Shown here: piece after piece, positions 16,000 through 30,974 of the stretch
How positions within the stretch are numbered: the first letter of the stretch is position 1
Layout: the number at the start of each line of letters is the position of its first letter
DNA from: the human T2T-CHM13v2.0 reference genome, Homo sapiens
Reading direction: 5' to 3' (one strand)
NCBI RefSeq assembly: GCF_009914755.1
Contig: NC_060935.1
Length of the DNA stretch: 64,000 nucleotides
Program-made: the position numbers and the translations under genes
Notes under the pieces: model-generated
The model's input: the letters and a program-made list of their open reading frames with translations, nothing else
Told to the model about the DNA's origin: nothing
The model's database searches: none

Positions 16000-17250
16000 A
16001 GTAAAAATGTATTGAGCAACTGCCATGTTTTGAATATGATTTAGTACCTGACCAAGATAGAGTTCACCAACAAGGTTTCACTTCACCAGGAAAGGGAAGA
16101 CAGGTACAAAAAGCAAAACAGAATCTAGCAGATACCCTAAAAGGAATAGAAACAAAGTGCAATGGAAACACAAAAGAAGGAAAGACTAGTTCTGATTTAG
16201 GGGGTGGTAAGGACTTCATGGAAGTATAAGGTATTATTTATCATTATCATCATCATAACAACATTAACTGCTATTACAGAGGGTTTATTATGACCCCATA
16301 ACTACTCTAAATACTTTAAGTGTATTTTACTCTAAATTAGTCAAACTTGACCTTGAAGGAGGGTGTAATTGAGAGAAATAGAAATGGAGAAGAAAGGATA
16401 TTCCAAGTGGCAAGAGCAGACTAATGAAAGGCATGATGTCAGGAGGCATTCAGGAAATAGTAACTACTGTGATCACTGTTTGTCAGACTTTGGAATATGT
16501 AAGGAATTAAAGGAGACAAGGCTTGAAGCAGAAGTTGGTGCCCTAAATATCACAGTGAGAAATTTGAGATCTGTTCAGTAGGCATTGAGGTTCCATTAAA
16601 GCAATGACACTTAATTGTAGGTCTATATCAAAATCCCTGGGTGGGGGTGGGGGGGTGAGTTTCTCAAAATGCCCATGCCTTATTTCTGGAAACTGACTGA
16701 GGAAGTCTTATTTGCAGCCCAAGAATCTTCACTTTTTCAGAACTCCTCAGCAATTTTTATGAACATCCCTTGGAGAACCATTGAAAGGCTTCTCTTCTGG
16801 GAACTGTCATGATTAAATCTGAGTTTTAAAAGACTTAAGCAGCCATGTAGAGGATGACTGGGTAGGGCACAGCCAGATAGTTGGGCACTGAGTTAGTAAA
16901 CCCCTGCAGCAGGAAGGGAAATGTAAGGAGACTTGACGGGGGGTGCCTGTGGTCGTGTTCTGCTGAGGTGAATGTGTGTCAGGGTCAGAATCAGCAGGGC
17001 CTGTGCATTGACCAGATGTGAAGAGGGAATAAGAGATGACTCTGCTATTTAAGCTTATGCTGGGAGGATGGTACTGTTATTGATTGAGATTAGAAAGATA
17101 GAAAAAGGATCATATTTGAGGGCAAAAATAATGAGTCTAGTTTTAAGCATATTAAATTTGAGATGGTAATAGGTGATCTTAGGTGAGTTGAATCAGAAAT
17201 ATACATTTAGATAACCAGAAATGTACATCTAGAACTTGGATGTCTTGTTG
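16000..17250 (-). mobile_element. L2 fragments with short MIR and MER5-like inserts
   Basis: ATGTATTGAGCAACTGCCATG; GTAGGCATTGAGGTTCCATT; GAGTCTAGTTTTAAGCATATTAAATTTGAGATG. Confidence 0.6.
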
Positions 17251-17345
17251 CTTGACTATGCCAATAGAATATGACCATATATATAGTCATGTTCTCTAGA
17301 CTATGTCTTCAAAATATTCTGAATTGAGGTGGAGTGTCTGGCTCA

Positions 17346-17716
<371 letters not shown>

Positions 17717-18679
17717 TTAAAACATTTTAGGAAGCAAAACAAAAAAAATTTTAAAACATTTTAGGAAGTCTTTCATTCAAGGGTGAGGGAAAGAAGAGGA
17801 GTGACAGTGGGGCCTGAGAAAATGCTGCAGGACAAGGAGCCACAAGAATGCACAGGCAGCAAAGACACAGAAAAACAATTTCAGCAGGGAAGGGGATTCT
17901 TCAGTGTTCAATGCTTCTGAATTGTTAAAAAGGGTAAGAGAATTAACTGGTTAAGAATTAACCGGTTAATTAGGTTGTAAAGGGTAGAAGCTGACTGTCA
18001 CTAGCTTAGACAGAAAGAAAAAAAGGAATTTAACGGCAGTGCCTAAAGGAGGATTCTAGGAGAGCTCACAGAGAGTCAGCGGAGGAGATGAACAACCAAG
18101 GTTCGGGAAGGGTAGGAACCAGGGCAGCTCTGGGGGCCTCCTAGGAATCTATGACCCCTCTCCCAGGTGGTGCAGCCATTAATACAACTCTGCTCCAGAA
18201 AATTCTGCACCTCTCCAGTCCATGCTCCATATCCTACGAGAGGGAAGTAACCTAGCTTGAGTGTGTGTCCCTATTTTAACTATGGCCAGGGAAAATGTCA
18301 GCAAAGCAAGGCATTCACTCCTTTCGGGGGCTAGCACTAGACCCCAGGGAGAAGAGGTCACTGAAGGTTAGCTCTACTCCAAGAAGCAAGTTCCACTGGA
18401 GTGTGGAACTTGTAGGAACCAGTTTGCAAGGTGTGTTCATACATGCAAGAGGGCAATGATGCATGACAGTGCTGTTTCCAGTCCCTCGACCATGAAAGGA
18501 AAGTAGCCTGAGAGTTGCAGACTTGAGGGCAGGGTTTTGGGGGCAGTGGAGACTTGACTATATTTGTAGACTGAAGCTGGATCCAGTGGAGTAATAAATT
18601 AACATACAAGAAATAAAGGAGGTAATTAATGGCACAGAGACCTAGGTGATGACCAAAGACTTCAGTCAACAATATACTG

Positions 18680-18900
18680 AATAGAAGGGATCCTGAGGAA
18701 CTTCATGGAATTACCTATGTATTATATACAAGATAAGAGGAATGTCAAAAAGCAGGGAGATTGGATAGTTGCTCTCTGTATATAGGGGTGTCAGTGAAGT
18801 GGTCAGAAGAACTTGAGATGCTTGCACAAGGAGAAACAGTGAAATCAACAGGCTACAAAATCAAAGCAGAGATACACAAAAACTCTTTAGAGATGAAAAA
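18680..18900 (+). mobile_element. Possible L3/CR1 endonuclease remnant
   Basis: TATGTATTATATACAAGATAAGAGG...GTTGCTCTCTGTATA loosely resembles the CR1 'Y-LFRKDR...GGVALY' segment. Confidence 0.3.
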
Positions 18901-21141
18901 CTGGCCTGTGGGCTTGCAAAAGTTTGCTATAACCAAGGTAGATATATTAACTTGACTAAGCAAATAATACATACATTAAAAAGTGATTTTTGTGACTTGG
19001 GCACAGAAAAAGCAGGAAAAGTCACTGAAGCCAATGTTAGTAATTTCCATCTTAGCACTGTCCTAGAGAGGCTGTGACCTGGCCAGTATTTCCAGTTCTG
19101 TGGGCCAGAAACTTTCTTACCCTGAAGCCATTAAACAGTCAACTTTCTTAGCTTGTATTCTGCATTCAGGACAACCTTCCTCTTGATTATGGTTAAGCTA
19201 ATCTCTTAAGGAAGACTGTGTTTGTCAGATAAACCTATGCAGTAATTTCTTCTGAAGGAATAAATTAATGGTTTCTGATTTTGATTGGACTTTTCATGGC
19301 ACTTGGCACTGATCATAAGGACTCCAGAATTCTTATAGTAATTTATTATTGAAAATTAATAAACTGATGCCATGGTTGGAGCAGACACTGCTAATTGCCT
19401 ATCCAATATCTGTGTTTAGTAACACACTATCACCAGTGGCCCATACATGGCCCTCTTTTATTGATTGATTGTATTAAATTATTGAAAAATAAAAACAATA
19501 AAAATTTAAAACTACAAATAACAGATACACTGGTTTGTATTCACTCTTGTAAGTTTGATTATTGTGCAGAACTAACACCTGAGATAAGTGTTTCTTCCTA
19601 TGGATGAATAAAATTACAGTTCCTGGCCTGCATGGGTAATTTCAGGTCATGATGCTACCTTGGGAGGCCTGTGAGAGGTCATTAGTGGTCTCTTCCTGGT
19701 ATATGTGCCCTTGGCATCATTGTTTGTTCTCTAGCCACTGTAGAAGAATGCTGATCTTTCTATACTGGCCATTTGGATCAAAGGAAATTGTTGGTGGAAC
19801 AAACACAACTTGCACAACTTTTATTCCCAGTAAAGAAATTCATTTTTTGACTTTTGTTCACCGGCTTCTATACTAGAGGAAATTAGTTGATTAGCTTTCA
19901 AAGGTGCAAAAACTAAAAATAAGTGATAGTAAGCTTTAACTATGTGCCATGTAAGAACTCTGTATCTATGTGCATTATCTCATTGAAGCCACAATAACTG
20001 TCCAGCATCTAGTAAGAATAAAATCCCAGTGCCTCAGCCATGTCTCTGTCCTGTGTACTAAATCTTTTGAGTTTACCCAGCAATGACCTCTGTTTCCACC
20101 GTACTCCCGATCTTGATCTCTCTTTTTTTTTTCAGTGAATTTCACAGATCCATTTATTCATGCCATGAAGTAAGCGATACTTAAACAAGTGTACAGTCTA
20201 ACACAGCTTACTTAAATTTACAAGCTGACTGATGTTTCATTTCATGTGTACTCCAGGTAAAGCTGGTTAGTGATGACTGTGAGCAGGCACCGGAGATTTC
20301 AAAGCTTTACTTCTTTTATTAGCACTCTGGATTTTATAAATGATGAGGCTCATCAGCCCCATTCCTACCCAAATATCCTGGTAAACTTGAGTATAGTAGA
20401 GCTTCATGGGGATCCACACATTTTTAATAATACTTTGAAGCATCTATACCTTTTGCCCACACCTGCCTGTACCTTGCCTCGTGCTCTGTGCACAGCAGCG
20501 CCATAGCCCAGGGCGTGTCCCCCTCGGCTGTAATTACTTGATGCTTCCATGTCCTCCTGGGCTATAATTACTCCCACTTGTCACAGCATTCTGGGTGATG
20601 ACTCAGCCAGGTTCAGGCCAGAGCACAGGTGGGTAGCAACTATCCTGGCAACAGCCCACAAAGCCAGCATCCCCTCCAGGCTTGCCCCAAACTTTCTAGA
20701 GGGGAATCACCTCTCTCTTGCACCTCTTCCTGTTACTCTCACACCCAGTGTGGGTCTATGTCCACACTTCCTTCTGTAGATCAGGAGCACCAGATTTGTA
20801 GTATCTGAACTATGTCAAGCACCCCAGCTTCTCTTTTCTTCCTCCTGCCCCATTGGAATAGCTACTTTCTTAGTGCTTGCTTACCATCCAAAGAGTAAAT
20901 CTTTTGTGAAAATCATCCCAGTAGTGTTTGTCTTGGTTTGCTAGAAATTTCCTTAGAAAGATATTTAGTTTCCTTCTAAATATGGCTTATTATTACAGTA
21001 TTATTATTATTACTAAAATGATGATGGTGATGTCAGTTCATCAGCAGGCCTTTAATAATTTTCTTTGAATGCTATTTTTGTCTTCTGGAGGAGCCTACCT
21101 GATCAGATGAAAACAGGAAAGGAGTCAAATATCACCATGAT

Positions 21142-21255
21142 CTAGGTGACCAACTTGTCCCAATTTACCCAGGACTTCTCTGGTTTTAGCACCGAAAGTC
21201 CTTCATCCTGGGACACTCCCCTATCCAGAACAAACTGGAACAGTTGGGCATTCTA
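21142..21255. mobile_element. hAT-Blackjack MITE (MER81-like)
   Basis: TAGGTGACCAACTTGTCCC...GGAACAGTTGGGCATTCTA inverted termini. Confidence 0.7.
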
Positions 21256-21424
21256 CCACCTCTAAAGAAAAGACCACAGTGAACTTAAGATAATCCTAGA
21301 ATCACCACTGTCATTAACTGAAAAGTCTTTTCTAAGGAGATTTTTCACTCTCTTATTATTACATGTGATATATTTTATATCTATATCTCCAATAGGATCA
21401 GAGAGTGAAATATATATATTATAA

Positions 21425-21590
21425 CAGCTATAATAATACACTTATTGAGTGCTTGCTACATTCTAGGCAATAAGTTAATGCAGCAACTCTGTGAAGTCAG
21501 TATTTTTAATTCTAATTTTCAGATAAAGAAAGTGAAATTCAGAATAGTTAGCAAGGTCCCACAACTAGACTTAAACCCATGCACTTAATG
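21425..21590 (-). mobile_element. MIR
   Basis: AACACTTATTGAGTGCTTGCTA...TTTTCAGATAAAGAAAGTGA. Confidence 0.6.
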
Positions 21591-21799
21591 ATTTATGGAT
21601 TTAATATTTTATTGTAGGTAAAAAGAGAAAGAGCTGCAACAGTTGGATATCTGAGTAAAGCAAAGGTATAGTTCCATTGCCATTTATCTGGACAAAACAA
21701 AGATCAAGATACTGACAATTTATTCTATAAGTTACAACCAAAGTAATTATTTTGGTAAGCTTAAGAGGATACTCCCTTCACACAAAGTCCAACCTTAAA

Positions 21800-22040
21800 T
21801 CACATCATTTTAAGGGTGAAATACTAGAAGCATTCTATTAAAGTCGGCAAGAAGACATGCTTGCTATCATTGTTATTCAATTATATCCTAGAAGTTTTAG
21901 GCTCTAAAATAAAAAGTTTCAAAATGTTAAATAAATAAATATTAGGTGTCAGTATAATTATTACTTGCAAATCATGATTGTTTACCCAGAAAAAACTTTT
22001 AAAGTCTGCTGAAAAACAGCTAGAACTAATAAAAGACTAC
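21800..22040 (+). mobile_element. Ancient L1M ORF2 (RT) fragment
   Basis: GGTGAAATACTAGAAGCATTC...TTATTCAATTATATCCTAGAAGTT...TTGCAAATCATGATTGTTTACCCAGAAAA. Confidence 0.6.
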
Positions 22041-22507
22041 ATACATATCCAGAAGAATATGCTTCCAAAATTATTAACCTCTGGAAATTTCCAGTTATTG
22101 TAGGAGGATTTTGTTTTCCTTTTTTTCCTCATGAAAATGACATGCTAGGGATTAGAGAGGGGCCAAAATAAATATCCTGAGATGTTTATTACGTATCTCA
22201 GTGGTAAACTACATTTGAGCTATTGAGCATCGGGCTCATTGGGGAAAAGAGGCATAAGCATTTAGGGTATCCAATCCTCCGAAGGGTGGCTGGGGAGTTC
22301 TGTTGCCTGAACTGGAGGTAGAATTGGCCCTTTTGTGCCCCAGAAACAGGAGACTGTTAGACCCAGAAGAGGTCCTAGGGAAAGAAAATGGTTGCAGCTT
22401 TGGGTCTGAAAGATGGTAGACACCTGACCCACCCTAACTCCATAATTGGTCCAGCACCCTGGAGGAGTGGCACGGGGGAAGATGATGCACAGGGGAACTG
22501 TATTTAG

Positions 22508-22630
22508 AGAGATCATGTATTTTATTGACAAACTTGGGACAGTTCTTGAGATTGGAAAAGGACCCTTTTAACAATTATCCCAGGTATAAACTGAGGTGGT
22601 CCTGGGTCAACCAGCACACATGCTCACCCT
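22508..22630. mobile_element. hAT-Blackjack MITE (MER94-like)
   Basis: TTTATTGACAAACTTGGGACAGT...CACATGCTCACCCT. Confidence 0.55.
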
Positions 22631-22859
22631 TGTGAATGCACCTGGGGCCAGTGTCAGGGGCTGGGTCATGGCTTGCCTAGGCTGGCTGCCACTCTGCAAT
22701 GGTTGCTGCCTCTCGTGGCTCAGCTGACATTGTTGGATAAGATTGCTGGTGACCTTAGGAGTGTCAATTTCTATCTTCTGGAGGCATTGTTTTCTGGTTC
22801 TTGGGTTGCTACGAGACTTGGAGACTGGGGCTTGGGCTCCATATTGCAGGAAAAACTGT

Positions 22860-23217
22860 TTATATATACATATATATACGTGTATATACACGTATATATA
22901 TATAACTATATATATACGTGTATATACACGTATATATAATTATATATATACGTATATATAGTTATATATATACGTGTATATATACGTGTATATATATACA
23001 CATATACGTATATATGTGTATATATACGTATCGTGTATATATACCCGTATATATACTTATATATGTGCATATATGTATATAAGAAATATATATACATATA
23101 TAAGTACATATATATACGTATACATGTATACATATATACGTATATAAGTACGTATATATATACTTATATATACCTATATAAATATGTATATACATATATA
23201 TACGTATATATATATAC
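22860..23217. repeat. Compound (TA)n / TATACG / TATG microsatellite, about 360 bp
   Basis: Directly visible alternating purine-pyrimidine run. Confidence 0.97.
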
Positions 23218-24299
23218 TTAAATAATGAGATATACTTATCTTTATTTTTTAACTTTCATCTGAGAACATATTTCAATAATAATAGTACACAACTTCCCCA
23301 GGCAACACCAGCCTGTGGGTGCAAATAAGGCCATCTTGTTATGAATTCCTAAGGTTTCCTGGCTTATTTTCCCACACGCCACGTGCCCCTAGTCCCTGAG
23401 CCTCATCAGGAGGTGTCACATGTGCTTAACTCACTCCGCAATCTGAGCTACTCCTAACTGCTCCCCCCATCAGCAGCCAGCATCCCTACCACTGTCCTGC
23501 AAGCATGGAATCCCCAGGCTGCTGAGGCTGAACATTACTGGAAACTGGTAACTATGAGAACCAGTGGTTTCCTATGGGGAACAGGTGTGGGAAGTAAAAC
23601 TTACTTTTTAACTGTGTGCTCTGTTGCACCTTTGGAAATTTCATCTCATGCATTTATAGCATACTTTCAGAGATAGTAATAATTAAAAAGAAAAGAAAAG
23701 CAGTATGGGTAGCCGTAGAGGAGCCAGCTATGTAGCTCCCTGGTTTTTATGTTATATTCTGATTGAAGAAAACAAACTAAGCAGGGCTGCCTGTGAATTA
23801 GTGTGTTCCAGAAACAGCCCTGCCATTTTACTTCTCAGTCCTTTCTCTGCTTAGAACCAAGGCAAGCATTCAGGAGCCAGGGGCCAGGGGACAGAGTCAA
23901 ATACCAGCAATGCCCCCATAATTCCCACTTCCTTCTGATGGTTAAAGGCTTTGTACCATGATGAGTCAAGCTCACTCTGCCTGGGGTCTCCGCCTTAGAC
24001 CCTAAAAAAAAAGACTCCAATAGGTTACCGCAAACTCAACACAGTCCCAAGATGAATGAGCCACCAACATGGAACCCAATGAAGGGTTAGCATAGGTCTA
24101 AGAGGGGGAAAGTTATTTTTAAAAAAGATAAATGCTCTGAGAAATACCAATTATAACTGAAAATTGTTCATAAAACCCTGTAAAGGGCTCTTGACTAAAT
24201 CATTAATATGCATAACCAAACTCCTCCTCTCCTGGGCAGGGTAGTTCAGCCACAAGCATGTATTTATGTAATTAGTGTTATGGTTACAGAAGTGGCCCA

Positions 24300-24450
24300 G
24301 GGAAGACTTAGTTCTTTATTAAAAGAGGGGACTTGTGGTCCCTGTGAAACCTCTGAGAGGTTGGGTAGTATCAAGAGCCATGCGCATTTATAAGAGTGCC
24401 TGGCACACAGCAAATGGTTAACACATATTAGCTTTTTAAATTATTGTTGT
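24300..24450 (+). mobile_element. MIR fragment
   Basis: AGAGTGCCTGGCACACAGCAAATGGTTAACACATATTAGC. Confidence 0.5.
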
Positions 24451-24675
24451 AGTTGTTTCTATAAATTCAAGTGACTTAGAATGTCAAACACTAAAATTGG
24501 TTTTTTTAAAACTGGAGTTATTTATCTCAGAAGAGTAATGACAATATCTCGAGGCCATATGTCATAATTTTAGCAATAATTACTCTCTCCAGAATGGCAG
24601 GATCTGCTGCTTTTGGAAGATTCTCAAACACTATTTATTCAAGAAGAACAATGATTTAGATCATATTATGGGCTT

Positions 24676-24691
24676 TGCTGTCACCTAGTGG
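24676..24691 (-). promoter_or_regulatory. Candidate CTCF motif
   Basis: Minus strand CCACTAGGTGACAGCA versus consensus CCACYAGRKGGCAG; one core mismatch; lies in unique DNA. Confidence 0.35.
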
Positions 24692-25445
24692 AAATTTGAT
24701 TATTATAAACAATTCTCAATAACAAACTCATTCTGAGCTACCGAACCCCCAAGTTTCAGTGATTGCCAGCTGGCTTCCATTGGCTTGCATTCTACAGTTA
24801 ATTATATTACCAAACCTCTGGTGACAGTCCATCTCTCTGTGGATGCACTTATTTTTAAATCCAAGACAGCAAATCCTGTGTGAGCTGCCTCATTAGAAGC
24901 CAGCAGTTGCAGAGAACATTCTTGGCAACTTCCAGGTCTCCTGGTCACTGGAATATTGCCAGATCCTAAGAGCAGAGGGACAAACAAACAAACAAACAAA
25001 CACCTCAAAAAAGCTACCTAATCGCAAGTCCCTTTCTAAAGTGTTTTCATATATTGTCCTACTTTATTACATGGAGTACATTTTTTTCATTTTAAAGATG
25101 AGGACATTGCTGCTCAGAAAGGATAACACAGTCAGGAAGTCAAGCAAAAAACAAGAAATTAAAGCTGTCTTCCCACTCCAAATTCAGAACTCTACCTAAG
25201 TCAATACCCTGCCTACCAGGATCCTGTGGTTGGCTCATCAGAAATATTAGGAAAGAGGCTAACAGTTTGGTTTCTTTTGAGACAGATCAAGACAGAAGAC
25301 AAGGCCCTAGGGTTCATAGGCCACTGGGTGGGAAGATACATTCTTTCCCTACTCAGGTTAGTTCCACCACTCTACCCCTGATCTCCTGCCCTCTGGTTCC
25401 TCTGGGCTCTTGCTAATGTAACTATCCCCCTTTCCAATTCTCTAA

Positions 25446-26204
<759 letters not shown>

Positions 26205-26660
26205 ACACGATTACTCTTTAATGCACCCTGGTGTGGTTTCACCCAATCCCACTCCTCAACTCCCTCCCCTATGGAAGTCATTCAGGTTACCAAGGACCAC
26301 CTACTTGCCAAATCCAGGGGACTTTACAGTTGTCTGCTTTACTCCTTGGGACATTTCAGGCTATGGACCATGGTCTCCATATGAAATGTATCCTTCCACA
26401 GCTGCTGAACCATGGCTCCCCTTGGTTCTCCCACCATTCACTCTTAGTCTCCTTTACAGTTGCCACTCTTATTCTCCAAGCTCCCTCCAGGAGAACTCTC
26501 AAGGGACTAATATCACCTGATTCCATGTCTTTGGCTGGGACCTCTTCCCTGAGCTCCTATCACATTGGATCTCTCGAGACACATTGGATCTCAAAGACAC
26601 TGTGTCAAATTGCACCCATCACCTTCACCCAAACCTGCTTCTCCATCAGCTGCCTGTAAG
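26205..26660 (+). mobile_element. L2 fragment; also about 25370-25570
   Basis: TTGCCAAATCCAGGGGAC...CTCTTCCCTGAGCTCC...CCCAAACCTGCTTCTCC. Confidence 0.55.
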
Positions 26661-27204
26661 AAGTAACTAAAACTTATCAACAGGAAAATGTAATAGTGAC
26701 AAAATTAGTGGAAAATCCCTGGGCTTAAAGGGAGGATAATTTTTTTATGCCATTTAGTTGGGGAGAGAGATTCACCTAAAGATTTTCAAATTTGTTTTAT
26801 CTTTTTATTTTGTAAAAGTTTCACATTTATAGAAATGTTGCTAAATTAGGACAATAAACTGTCATATATCCTTCACCGAGATTTGCCAATTGTTAATACT
26901 TTACCACGCTGGCTTTATATCTTTCCACCTATAACTATGTTATTGTTGTTGCTCTTAAAAGATAAATACTAAAGTATTTAGGGCCTAGTGAAAGGGCCTA
27001 GAAGTAATGCAACCTGAGTTACAATGAAGACACCTAGCACCTAGATCTTGATGCCTACATATAATTCCCCTTTAAAAATAGCTGATTCAAAAATACAACT
27101 GAAGCACATTCACTCCTAATACTTTAGTATTTGTATTTTAAGAACAGGGACATTGTTTTACATGGAGCAATGACTGTTCAAAAAATTTAATGATGATACA
27201 ATAA

Positions 27205-27684
<480 letters not shown>

Positions 27685-28256
27685 TTTCTTTTTCTCTTCT
27701 GACATTGATATTTTTGAAACATTCAGACCAGTTGCCTTGTGGCTTATCCTTCAATTTGAGATTGACTGGTGGTTTCCTCATAATTAAGTTCAGGTTATAC
27801 ATTTTTGGCAGGAATGTTACATAAGTGATGTTGTATTCTTAGCCTTTCTTATCAGGAATCATAAGATATCAGTTTGTCCCATTGTTGGTGGTCACTTAGC
27901 TACAGTGTTATCTGTTATGTAGAAATACTTTTTTCCTCTTGTAGTTAATGAATAATCTGTGAGGAGAAATTTTCATGCTGTGTAAATATACTCATTCCCA
28001 ACAAACTTTCACGCAATGGTTTTAATATTCCTGGATGATTCTTATCTAAACAAAATATTACTATGATGGGTGCAAAATCGTGATTTTCTGTGTTATTCCT
28101 TCCACATTTACTAGTTGATGTTCTATTATAAAGAAAAGCTCTCCTGTTATTCTTATTATTTGTTTTTCTCTTTGTTTAGTATCATTAAGGGCACTGGTGG
28201 ATTCTTAGGTTTTTTTCCACAGTGTTATAATCCAGTAGTGTCAGGATTCTTTGGGA

Positions 28257-28258
<2 letters not shown>

Positions 28259-28289
<31 letters not shown>

Positions 28290-28570
28290 AGACGGAGTCT
28301 CGCTCTGTTGCCCAGGCTGGAGTGTAGTGGCACGATCTCGGCTCACTACCAGCTCCGCCTCCTGGGTTCACGCCATTCTCCTGCTTCAGACTCCTGAGTT
28401 GCTGGGACTAGAGGCACCCGCCACCATGCCCAGCTAATTTTTGTGTTTTTAGTACAGACCAGGTTTCACTGTGTTGGCCAGGCTGGTCTCAAACTCCTGA
28501 TCTCAGGTGATCTGCCTGCCTCGGCCTCTCAAAGTGTTGGGATTACAGGCGTGAGCCCCTGCGCCCAGCC
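28259..28570 (-). mobile_element. Alu mosaic: Y-like right arm, Sx-like left arm
   Basis: AGCTCCGCC and TTCACGCCATTC in the right arm; TTGGCCAGGCTGG..CTCAGGTGATC in the left arm. Confidence 0.9.
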
Positions 28571-29146
28571 GTCTTTGTTCTTTTATTTGTTTTGTTTTTG
28601 ATCATTGATTTGGCTAGAGGTCTCTTTGAGATTCTTCCTCTTTGTAACATCCTTGGGCCTTTTTATTTTTCAAATAATTTCTTTATTTTCTACTACAACA
28701 AAATATTCTAGTCTTATCTTGTATTTATGTTGTATTTTAGAATCAGCTATTTTTAAAGGGGAATTATCTTTAGACACCAAGATCTAGGTGCTAGGAGTGC
28801 TCATTGTAACTAGAGTAGCATTACTTCTAGGCCCTTTCAGCAGAAAGAGCTAGGAAAGATATATACATTTTTATTATTTTTTATTTCTTAGAAAAAACAT
28901 GATTTTATGCTGACACCTCTAAATTTTCCGCATTCCATAAATTATATCACCTCTCTCTCATAGTGGGAAACCTGGCTACCAGAAACATTAGTATATTTAC
29001 TAATTTACTCAGTCCTAAAATGCTCACCAAATAATTTCAAAATTGCTACACCCATATCACTAACAAAACAATATTTGTTTGAACTTCTTTTTGTTTTTAG
29101 ACTGAGGGTGTATATCTAAGTATTGTGTTCAAAGTGACTTGGATTC

Positions 29147-29448
<302 letters not shown>

Positions 29449-29900
29449 TTAGATTCATTCAATTTTTTTCCCTTTCATGCAGTTCTGTCATCTATTTGAT
29501 ATACTCTTAATTTTGTATTTTTAATTCAATTCTAGGCTTCTTTCCTCAGACTTGATTTAATGTTTTAAATATGAAAACACTAGCATGCTTCCAACAGTCA
29601 AAACTATATATATATTTATAGAAAAAAAATGGCATACTCAGAGAAGTTTGTCACTCTTTTTCCTGTTCTTTCTACCCTATCCTATGTAAACAATTCTATC
29701 AGTTTCTGGTTTATCTTTCCTAAGTTTTTTGTTTGTTCGTTTGTTTTGGGTTTTTTTTTTTTTTTTTGCAACAACAAAACATGGATATACATGTTTATAT
29801 TCTTTATTTCCTTTTCTTTGTTACCAAATAGTCAGCATAATAAATTCTTTTTTGCCTATGTAATTTGATCCAGAAAAGCTCTGTAACAAGTATAATTTGA

Positions 29901-30032
29901 GGGCGTGGCACAGTGGCTGACGCCTGTAATCTCAGCCCTTCGGGAGGCCAAGGCTGAAGGATTGCTTGAGGCTAGGAGTTCAAGACCAGCCTGGGCAATA
30001 TGGTGAGATCTCATCTCTACCAAAAAAAAAAA
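29901..30032 (+). mobile_element. FLAM (free left Alu monomer)
   Basis: Single monomer plus A tail; perfect TSD AAGTATAATTTGA. Confidence 0.9.
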
Positions 30033-30127
30033 AAGTATAATTTGAAGCTTCTACCTGTTTCTAAGGGTGGGAAGCCAAGAAAAACAACTTAATGGAACTT
30101 TTTGAGAATGGAAAACATGGTCTAGGC

Positions 30128-30309
30128 CAGTGGTTCTCAAAGTGTGATCATTGAACCAGCTTCATCACAGTACTTGGGAACTCGTTAGAAATGCAAATTT
30201 TCTGTCTCCATCCCAGACCTATTGAATCAGAAACTCTGGGTCCCAGCAACCTGACATTTAATAAGACTTTTAGATAATTCTGATATGTGCTAAAGTTTGA
30301 GAATCACTG
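30128..30309. mobile_element. MER5A (hAT-Charlie MITE)
   Basis: TIRs CAGTGGTTCTCAAA...TTTGAGAATCACTG; 8-bp TSD GTCTAGG(C/G). Confidence 0.9.
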
Positions 30310-30344
30310 GTCTAGGGTAGTGTAGGAAGGAGGAAGTAGAGAGA

Positions 30345-30600
30345 ATAATACCTACATTTCATTGAGTGTTTACTTTGTATAGGACAGATGTAAGCATCTT
30401 ATTTATTTGTATTTATCATATAATCCTCACAAGGGCCCCAGCCAGTAGGGGCTACAACCATTCCAAGTTTACAGATGGGGAAACTGGTACGGAGAGGATG
30501 AGCAACTTCTTAAAACCACACAGCTAGTAAGCAATGAAGGCTAGATTTGAACCAAGGTAGGCTGGTTTTAAAATCCATGAGCTTAACCATTGCTGTATGC
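30345..30600 (-). mobile_element. MIR
   Basis: ATTGAGTGTTTAC...TAATCCTCACAA...TTTACAGATGGGGAAACTG...CACACAGCTAGTAAG...GATTTGAACC. Confidence 0.8.
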
Positions 30601-30974
30601 TAATTCTACCTTAGCATCTGATAAAAAGGAGCTAAATTTCCCTTCATAATAGAATTACAGGTTAGCTACCTGCAGGGGGGCGGTAGGGACAGTAAATGAG
30701 TGTCTCTGAACTGAGAAAGTTGACAGAAGTGTTTGGCTAGAAGGAAATAAAACAAGTCCCAGGAAATGATGGCTTTGTGAGAAAGTTGGGAATGTCACCA
30801 GCAAGACCGTCACTGTGGTAGAGACAGCTGAGGGCCTTTGGCCAGTGCCTTCTGTTATTTGATTTAGTTGTTTCCCATCTTTTTTATTTATTTATTTATT
30901 TATTTATTTATTGATGCAGCCCCTCATCATCATCCCCTAACCTTCAGTAAGAGTTTGTTACACATAACAGCAAT

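Noticed and set aside
22673-23221. Tyr/Ile-rich ORFs on both strands
   Set aside because: Artefacts of the TA microsatellite
30669-30686. CCTGCAGGGGGGCGG as a CTCF site
   Set aside because: An extra G breaks the core spacing of the motif
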